From assembly GCA_902534495.1 (NCBI GenBank), contig CACAQC010000002.1, forward strand, positions 14,517 to 78,516: 64,000 nt of DNA, in the 5' to 3' direction. Positions 57,712-64,000 of the stretch are shown here, in pieces. Under the pieces are notes generated by a model that saw nothing but the letters and a program-made list of their open reading frames with translations, was not told where the DNA came from and ran no database searches. Position numbers and translations under genes: made by a program. Positions within the stretch are counted from its first letter, which is position 1, and each line of letters starts with the position of its first letter. The stretch comes from an uncultured Candidatus Actinomarina sp. GTDB taxonomy: Bacteria; Actinomycetota; Acidimicrobiia; Actinomarinales; Actinomarinaceae.

Positions 57712-58843
57712 AAAAATTAATTAGTAATTTAATTCTTTCATTTACTGAATATTTATCAATATTATTTTTAGAATTTTCAATGAGAGATTGTCTCAAATTT
57801 GTATCTAAAATCAAATTAGAAATTTTTTCTCGAAAATCATCAAAATCATCTGCTTTAAAATATACAATCCCAAGCTTGGTTTCATTTAGTTCTAAGTTGC
57901 TTTTAATATCTGATGACAAGACCACTGCACCAGCAGCAGCATATTCAAAAATCTTCATTGGGGATGCATAGTTCGTCATATGGAATTCGTTTGGGTAAGG
58001 CACAATACCAATATCAAGTTCTTTCATGTATTCAGAAACTTTATTCTTAGGCACTTTGTATTTATAAGAGAAATCAATATTTGTATTCTGAAATTCTTGA
58101 GTAATTTCGTCAACCTTCTCTTTAGGACCACCAATAAGAGTTAATTTAAAATCATGATTTTTTGCTAAATTTTTTAGTTCTAGAAAAGCTTTTTTAACTC
58201 CTTTATCTTTGCCATACGTTTCAAGCATTCCTATATAACCTATGTTTAACTTCTTATTTTTTTGACGAGAAACGTCTTCCTTATAAAGATTTAGATTTAC
58301 ACCATTTGTTAAATAGATTGTATTGTTTGGTGATAAATCTGATAGTTCATCGAAAGATGTAATTGATGTTCCAACAAAAAATACATTCTCATATTTAGAA
58401 AGTTTTTTGACTACATATTTTTGAATAAATTTACCAGCTCCATGCTTCTCATAAATGATATTTTTATTACTTGATGCATGATTGATTAAGAGATTAGGGT
58501 TTGTTGACCATAATGTGTCAATATTCTCAAGACTATTTTTTAGTGATTTAGACCAGTAATACGCTCCTAAAGTCCAAAAAATTTTTTGTATAAAATTTGG
58601 AACAAAATCGTAAAAAAATAATTTTGTAAAATCATAATTTTTTACTTCAATGAAGTTAACTTGTTTATTTTCATAATATTCTTGCGGACTAACATCTAAA
58701 GTCTTTTTGTTTGATGTTTTTGAATAAAAAACATTTACATTGCAATTGTTTTCTAAAAATCCATCAGCAATGTCAATAATGTGTGAGCCGTAAGCCTTTT
58801 CTGTCGGAAATCTTCCATAAACAATTATGCCTATATTTTTCAT
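57689..58843 (-). CDS. Glycosyltransferase family 4
   Basis: RFPTEKAYG, YEKH, GYIG, SPMKIFEYAAAG; start may be 58843 or 58879; stop lies inside tRNA-Arg. Confidence 0.85.
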   Translation of the reverse strand: MKNIGIIVYGRFPTEKAYGSHIIDIADGFLENNCNVNVFYSKTSNKKTLDVSPQEYYENKQVNFIEVKNYDFTKLFFYDFVPNFIQKIFWTLGAYYWSKSLKNSLENIDTLWSTNPNLLINHASSNKNIIYEKHGAGKFIQKYVVKKLSKYENVFFVGTSITSFDELSDLSPNNTIYLTNGVNLNLYKEDVSRQKNKKLNIGYIGMLETYGKDKGVKKAFLELKNLAKNHDFKLTLIGGPKEKVDEITQEFQNTNIDFSYKYKVPKNKVSEYMKELDIGIVPYPNEFHMTNYASPMKIFEYAAAGAVVLSSDIKSNLELNETKLGIVYFKADDFDDFREKISNLILDTNLRQSLIENSKNNIDKYSVNERIKLLINFCVRSSTG

Positions 58844-58913
58844 TTCAAACTTTATACTAATTAATTGAATTATTTTCATAACTTATTTATTACCTAATTA
58901 AAATGTTTATATA

Positions 58914-59948
58914 GTGAAAGCATTAATAACTGGTATTACAGGTCAAGATGGTGCTTATTTAGCTGAACTTTTACTTGAAAAAGGCTATGAAGTTCATGGT
59001 ACTGTAAGGCGCTCGTCATCAATAAATACTGAAAGAATTGATGGTTTGATTTCCAAATATTCTGATGATAATCAATTGACGCTTCACTACTCAGATCTTT
59101 TAGACTCATCATCAATTACAAATTTACTGAACAATATTCGTCCTGACGAGGTGTACAATTTGGCTGCCCAATCGCATGTTTCAGTTTCCTTTATTAATCC
59201 AATATTTACAACACAAATTGGAACTCTTGGCTCTATTTCAATACTTGAAGGGATTAGACACCTCAATAAAGATGTAAAATTTTATCAAGCTTCCTCCTCT
59301 GAAATGTTTGGAGGTGCGAGCAAAGAACTTTTAAATGAAAAATCTCTATTCGATGCAAAAAGTCCATATGGAGCTTCAAAAGTTTTTGCGCATGAGATTA
59401 CAAAAATATATAGAGAATCGTATGAGCTATTCGGTGTAAATGGGATACTATTTAATCACGAATCACCTCTAAGGGGTGAGACATTTGTTACTAGAAAGAT
59501 TAGTAAAGCTGTTGGAAGGATTTCAGTAGGCATCCAAGAGCGATTAACTCTAGGGAATCTTGATGCAAGTAGAGACTGGGGGTATGCAAAAGATTATGTT
59601 GAGGGCATGTGGAAAATGATGCAACATGACACAGCAGAGGATTGGATTCTAGCAACAGGGGTAACAAAAACGGTTAAAGAATTTGCTGAAGCAGCCTTTA
59701 ATGTTGTAGGTCTATCTTGGGAGAATTATGTAGATATTTCAGAAAAATACTTTAGACCAAATGAAGTTGACTATCTAGTTGGCGATGCAACCAAAGCAAA
59801 GAATAAACTTGGGTGGGAACCTACGGTTGATTTTGATGAACTTGTAAAAATTATGGTTGAGCATGACATTACAGAGGCCAAAAAAGATTTAGCTTTGTTG
59901 AAAGATAGTCTGATATTTCCAACATGGGAACACCCAAAAGAACTGTAA
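58914..59948 (+). CDS. gmd: GDP-mannose 4,6-dehydratase
   Basis: ALITGITGQDGAYL, NLAAQSHV, FYQASSSE, FNHESPLRGETFVTRKI, RDWGYAKDY. Confidence 0.96.
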   Translation: MKALITGITGQDGAYLAELLLEKGYEVHGTVRRSSSINTERIDGLISKYSDDNQLTLHYSDLLDSSSITNLLNNIRPDEVYNLAAQSHVSVSFINPIFTTQIGTLGSISILEGIRHLNKDVKFYQASSSEMFGGASKELLNEKSLFDAKSPYGASKVFAHEITKIYRESYELFGVNGILFNHESPLRGETFVTRKISKAVGRISVGIQERLTLGNLDASRDWGYAKDYVEGMWKMMQHDTAEDWILATGVTKTVKEFAEAAFNVVGLSWENYVDISEKYFRPNEVDYLVGDATKAKNKLGWEPTVDFDELVKIMVEHDITEAKKDLALLKDSLIFPTWEHPKEL

Positions 59949-59951
59949 ATC

Positions 59952-60875
59952 ATGAAAGTATTAGTAGTTGGTTCTAGTGGCTTTCTTGGAAGATGGGTAA
60001 AAAAATTATTACTTGAAGATAATAAACATGATGTAATTGAAATTCATGGAAAAAAAGATTTAGATATTACAAACATAAAAATCCTGAATGATTTTTTTCT
60101 AGAACATAAACCACAAGCAGTCATAAATTGTGCCGCTTTTGTAGGAGGTATCTCATATGGTTATAAATTCCCAGCAAAAATGTTATCTGAAAATACAAAA
60201 ATGGCGTTGAACTTATATCAAGTTTCAAATGAAAATAAAGTTTCTATATTAATAAATCCAATTTCCAATTGTGCTTATCCAGGGAATTTAGATACATACA
60301 AAGAAGACCATTTTTTCGACGGTCCTCCTCATGATTCTGTTTATAACTACGGGATGTCAAAAAGAATGTGTGTTGATTTAGGCAGTAGTTTTTTTAAAGA
60401 GTATAATTTTTCTTCTGCAAATATCATACTGTCAAATATGTACGGCCCAGATGATCATTTTGATGTTGAGAGATCCCATGCACTTGGAGCATTAGTTAAA
60501 AAAATATCTGATGCAAAAATGAATAGCGAAAACATTGTTGAAATTTGGGGCACAGGAAAGCCAATTAGAGAATGGCTCTATGTTCAAGATGGTGCTAATG
60601 CATTGGTTAAATCTTTAAATCTAAAAAGTGGGCATCATTTTTTTAACGTTGGTGTAAAAAAAGGAATATCAATTATTGATTTAGCAAATATTATTAAGAA
60701 ACAAGTTGGATGGGAAGGAGAGTTTTCATTCAACATAGAAAAACCAGATGGAGTTTTGGAAAAAAAAGTCGATGGTACAAAGGGGTCTCTACTTTTAGAA
60801 TGGGAACCAGAGTTTGAATTAGAATATGGCATAGAGAAAACTATAAATTGGTATAAAGAAAAGCATGGAAGATAA
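59952..60875 (+). CDS. fcl: GDP-L-fucose synthase-like epimerase/reductase
   Basis: AAFVGGI, SNCAYP, YGMSK, NMYGPDD, IWGTGKPIREWLY, KPDG. Confidence 0.75.
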   Translation: MKVLVVGSSGFLGRWVKKLLLEDNKHDVIEIHGKKDLDITNIKILNDFFLEHKPQAVINCAAFVGGISYGYKFPAKMLSENTKMALNLYQVSNENKVSILINPISNCAYPGNLDTYKEDHFFDGPPHDSVYNYGMSKRMCVDLGSSFFKEYNFSSANIILSNMYGPDDHFDVERSHALGALVKKISDAKMNSENIVEIWGTGKPIREWLYVQDGANALVKSLNLKSGHHFFNVGVKKGISIIDLANIIKKQVGWEGEFSFNIEKPDGVLEKKVDGTKGSLLLEWEPEFELEYGIEKTINWYKEKHGR

Positions 60876-61290
60876 ACATATAAAACATATCACTACAAAT
60901 GGAGAAATCTATGCTTCAATTTTTGACATTAGCAAAATGCCTGAGGGTCTAGATTTTTTAACTAATGATGAATCTTTCATTCAAGTAGGTACGTGGAATT
61001 ACAAAAAAAATAAGATTTTAGACGCACATTTTCATAATTACTTTGATAGAAGTTCATACAGAACACAAGAAGTTGTTTATGTATTACAAGGAAAAATTAA
61101 ATGTAATTTATACGAAGAGGACGCAACATATATTGGCTCTGCCATCGTTGAATCAGGAATGATGATTGTTCAATACCAAGGAGTTCATGAATACGAAATG
61201 ATAGAAGACTCAAGGGTTTTAGAGGTAAAAAATGGGCCCTATCATGGACCAGATAAAGATAGAACACGGGTAAATGTCAGAAAAAATTAA
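60865..61290 (+). CDS. Cupin-like hypothetical protein
   Basis: AHFH...TQEV...HEY...EVKNGPY cupin-type residues. Confidence 0.55.
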   Translation: MEDKHIKHITTNGEIYASIFDISKMPEGLDFLTNDESFIQVGTWNYKKNKILDAHFHNYFDRSSYRTQEVVYVLQGKIKCNLYEEDATYIGSAIVESGMMIVQYQGVHEYEMIEDSRVLEVKNGPYHGPDKDRTRVNVRKN

Positions 61291-62362
61291 TCAAGTAGAG
61301 CCAAACATTTCTGAACAAGATATTCAGAGGGTCAGTGATTATATGTCTAGCGGTGCTTGGATCACTGAGCATGCACTTACTAAAGAACTAGAAGAAAAGA
61401 TAGCACATTTTGTTGGTCGCAAATATGCAATTGCAGTACCTAATGGAACAATTGCTATTTATTTGTCATTGCTTGCTGCAGGATTAACTGAAGGCAAGCG
61501 AGTCGCAGTTCCTAATATTACTATGATTGCAACAATCAATGCCATACTTTGGGCAGGTGCTGAGCCAGTAATAATTGATTTGAATGAGCGATTATGCATG
61601 TCTCTAAAGTCATTACAAACAGTAGATAAGCTCGACGGAGTTATATATGTGCCTTTGAATGGCAGAACAGAAGACGGCTTAGCAATAGAAGAGTACTGCA
61701 AGGAAAGAAATATAACACTAATTGAAGACTCTGCACACGCTCTTGGTTCACAGTATCAAGATAGAACGTGCGGATCACTTGGAAGTATGAGTGTATTTTC
61801 TTTCACACCACATAAAATCATCACGATGGGACAGGGAGGACTAGTCCTAACTGATGATGATAGTCTTTATGAGTATCTTCTAGATTTAAAAACATTTAAT
61901 AGATCAAAAGACAAAAGTGATTGGCACGATGGATTTGGACTAAATTTCAAAATAACTGATTTACAATCTGCATTGGGCCTTTCACAGTTTGAAAAAATTA
62001 ACGAATTTATAAATATAAAAAAAGAAATGTTTCAATTTTTTGAAAGAAGTATTAAAAAATACAATTTTATTGATTTTTTTGAATATGAAACTCCTTGGTT
62101 TGTAGATTTAATTTGTGAATCGGAAAAAGAAAGAGATAGTGCAAAAGCTTTTCTGGGGGATGCCAATATTCTAACAAGAGAATCCTATCCAGCTTTGAGC
62201 AAACAAAGTTTTTTACAAAATGTTGAGAAAACGAACCTAGAACTTTCTGAAAATATTTCTGAACATATTCTTTGGTTACCTTCCTCTACAAATTTAACAA
62301 AAGACCAAATGCAAGAAGTCGTTGATAAGGTTACGACATTTTGTGCAACAAAAGAATATTAA
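61274..62362 (+). CDS. DegT-family aminotransferase (perosamine synthase-like)
   Basis: NGTIAI, EDSAHALG, SFTPHKIITMGQGG, GLNFKITDLQ. Confidence 0.88.
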   Translation: MSEKINQVEPNISEQDIQRVSDYMSSGAWITEHALTKELEEKIAHFVGRKYAIAVPNGTIAIYLSLLAAGLTEGKRVAVPNITMIATINAILWAGAEPVIIDLNERLCMSLKSLQTVDKLDGVIYVPLNGRTEDGLAIEEYCKERNITLIEDSAHALGSQYQDRTCGSLGSMSVFSFTPHKIITMGQGGLVLTDDDSLYEYLLDLKTFNRSKDKSDWHDGFGLNFKITDLQSALGLSQFEKINEFINIKKEMFQFFERSIKKYNFIDFFEYETPWFVDLICESEKERDSAKAFLGDANILTRESYPALSKQSFLQNVEKTNLELSENISEHILWLPSSTNLTKDQMQEVVDKVTTFCATKEY

Positions 62363-62365
62363 AAA

Positions 62366-63049
62366 ATGAGTACAAAAGATACAAAATTACTTGATGTTTC
62401 CTTAATTATTGCAACGTATAACGAAGAAGAATCACTTGGCTATGTTCTTAATGAGATTAAAGATTTTAACATTGGTGAAATTATTATTATCGATAAAAAT
62501 TCTACAGATAATACAAAGAATATTGCTGAAAAATACAGTGTAAAATTTATCACTCAGTCACGAGAAGGCTGGGGAGGGGCCGTTAAAGAAGCCATTGAAC
62601 TTTCATCCAAAGAATATATTACTTATATGGATGGTGATGGATCTTATAATCCGAAAGCTTTATATGAAATGAAAAATCTTATCAAAGACCTAGATGCTGT
62701 TTTCTGTTCAAGGTATAAAGATGGTACAAAAAGTCCAGATGATACCTTCATTAGGGCATTAGGAAATAAGTTTTTCACAGGATTAGTAAGATTTAGATTT
62801 GGATGCGATATAACAGATTCTTTATTTTTCTATCCAATGTTTAACAGAAGAATTTTGAATTCCGTCAGTTTAAATTCAGATGATTTTACATTATGTCTTG
62901 AATTGCCTGTTAAAGTTCATCAACAAAAATTAAGATATACTGAAATATTGAGTGAGGAAAGAGAAAGATACGCTGGCAAAACAAAGGTAAATGCATTAAT
63001 CGATGGGCTCAAAATTTTAATAGGTATCTTTTCGATAAAAAAATTATGA
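62366..63049 (+). CDS. GT2 (DPM1-like) glycosyltransferase
   Basis: IATYNEE, STDNT, MDGDGSY, SRY, ITD, GKTK. Confidence 0.85.
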   Translation: MSTKDTKLLDVSLIIATYNEEESLGYVLNEIKDFNIGEIIIIDKNSTDNTKNIAEKYSVKFITQSREGWGGAVKEAIELSSKEYITYMDGDGSYNPKALYEMKNLIKDLDAVFCSRYKDGTKSPDDTFIRALGNKFFTGLVRFRFGCDITDSLFFYPMFNRRILNSVSLNSDDFTLCLELPVKVHQQKLRYTEILSEERERYAGKTKVNALIDGLKILIGIFSIKKL

Positions 63050-63588
63050 AACTGCATTTAGGTTGTGGAGAACGATATTTAGAGGGGTATACACATATAG
63101 ACCTTGCTGATTTCGAACATATAGATTACAAAATGCCTGTAGATAATCTATCAATTTTTGAGAATAATTCGATTGATGAGATCTATGCTTCACATGTTGT
63201 TGAGTATTTTGACAGAGATGAAGTCAAACTCCTATTAAAAGAATGGAATAGGGTTTTAATCGATGGTGGAATTTTGAGAATAGCAGTACCTAATTTTGAG
63301 AATCTCATAAAAGTTTACGAAATGACAAGCAATATTGATAATATATTAGGTCCATTATATGGAAAATGGAATGCAACAAACGAAAATACAATATATCACA
63401 AAACAGTCTACGACAAAGATAGCCTCACAAAAGTTCTTCAAGATGCAACTTTTAGAGAAGTTAAGGAGTGGGACTGGAAGTCTGTTTTCGCTTCAATTGA
63501 TTACGATGACCATTCACAAGCTTATTTTCCACATATGGATAAATCTGACGGAATACATGTGAGTTTGAACCTGGAATGTATTAAGTGA
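63046..63588 (+). CDS. SAM-dependent methyltransferase-like protein
   Basis: KLHLGCG, YASHVVEY, GGILRIAVPN. Confidence 0.78.
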   Translation: MKLHLGCGERYLEGYTHIDLADFEHIDYKMPVDNLSIFENNSIDEIYASHVVEYFDRDEVKLLLKEWNRVLIDGGILRIAVPNFENLIKVYEMTSNIDNILGPLYGKWNATNENTIYHKTVYDKDSLTKVLQDATFREVKEWDWKSVFASIDYDDHSQAYFPHMDKSDGIHVSLNLECIK

Positions 63589-64000
63589 TACAAACAAAAT
63601 ATAGAATACACTTTTTCGTAGCATCCCTCCTTCATTTTCTTATTTTTATTCCATTTATAGTTCAAAAATTTATTGGACCAGATTGGGATTCTTATGCACT
63701 TCTTGGTACAGTCATGAATTTATATGAAGACTCACTTTATCTTCCATCAAGACCTCCAGGATTTCCATTGTATGAATTTTTTTTAACATTTGTTTATGGT
63801 CTTTCCAATTATCTAAATCTTAATTTTGAAACTTTATTTCTGATAAGCCAATTTATCTTTGTAGTAGGGAATAACTTCATAATTCTTAATTTTTTCCAGA
63901 AACAATCTTCACAAAGAATTTTTTTATATTACATTATTGTTTTTTCGCCTATTTATTTAACAAGTGGTTTATCAGTAATTGATTATCACGCTGGATTATT
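63585..64000 (+). CDS. GT-C-like membrane protein, partial (runs off the window)
   Basis: GTG overlapping the upstream TGA; (M)IQTKYRIHFF...GPDWDSY...PSRPPGFPLYE, open to the window end. Confidence 0.6.
   Translation, partial: MIQTKYRIHFFVASLLHFLIFIPFIVQKFIGPDWDSYALLGTVMNLYEDSLYLPSRPPGFPLYEFFLTFVYGLSNYLNLNFETLFLISQFIFVVGNNFIILNFFQKQSSQRIFLYYIIVFSPIYLTSGLSVIDYHAGL

Noticed and set aside
57684..57971. 95-aa ORF on +
   Set aside because: Antisense shadow of the GT gene and tRNA-Arg
61274..62362. Colitose pathway ColD
   Set aside because: The active-site Lys is retained rather than replaced by His
1072..63562. Numerous 60-150 aa ORFs antisense to or nested in assigned genes
   Set aside because: Shadow ORFs of well-supported genes, with no motifs

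Overview
AT-rich, very compact bacterial chromosome segment with many overlapping or abutting genes. WhiB, a GlnR-type regulator and frequent leaderless starts point to a streamlined low-GC actinobacterium (Ca. Actinomarina-like; this is inference). 1-30.5 kb is mostly core: rbsK, queuosine salvage, msrA, panB, rpsF-ssb-rpsR-rplI-dnaB, selA/selB, mrp, iscA, glnR/glnII, argS. It also holds the most striking locus (7.6-16.6 kb): ptsI-ispD, gutM, a glucitol-family PTS with split and permuted SrlE, a DXR-II (DRL)-family reductoisomerase, an acetoin-dehydrogenase-like E1 alpha/beta pair, a free lipoyl domain and HPr. Together these suggest an uptake, salvage and catabolism route for 2-C-methyl-D-erythritol (ME -> MEP -> DXP -> GAP + acetyl) that I do not know to have been described. 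30.5-64 kb is a large surface-glycan island with a 2-hydroxyethylphosphonate pathway (CTase-PepM, Ppd, reductase, TagF-like and LTA-synthase-like transferases), formamido/amino-sugar genes, an MBOAT O-acetylation pair and a gmd-fcl block. The island is interrupted by four tRNAs. One is the target of a ~0.86 kb integrase-less islet (tRNA-Phe); another (tRNA-Arg UCG) is overlapped by both flanking CDSs. All calls come from motif recognition by eye; no searches were run.
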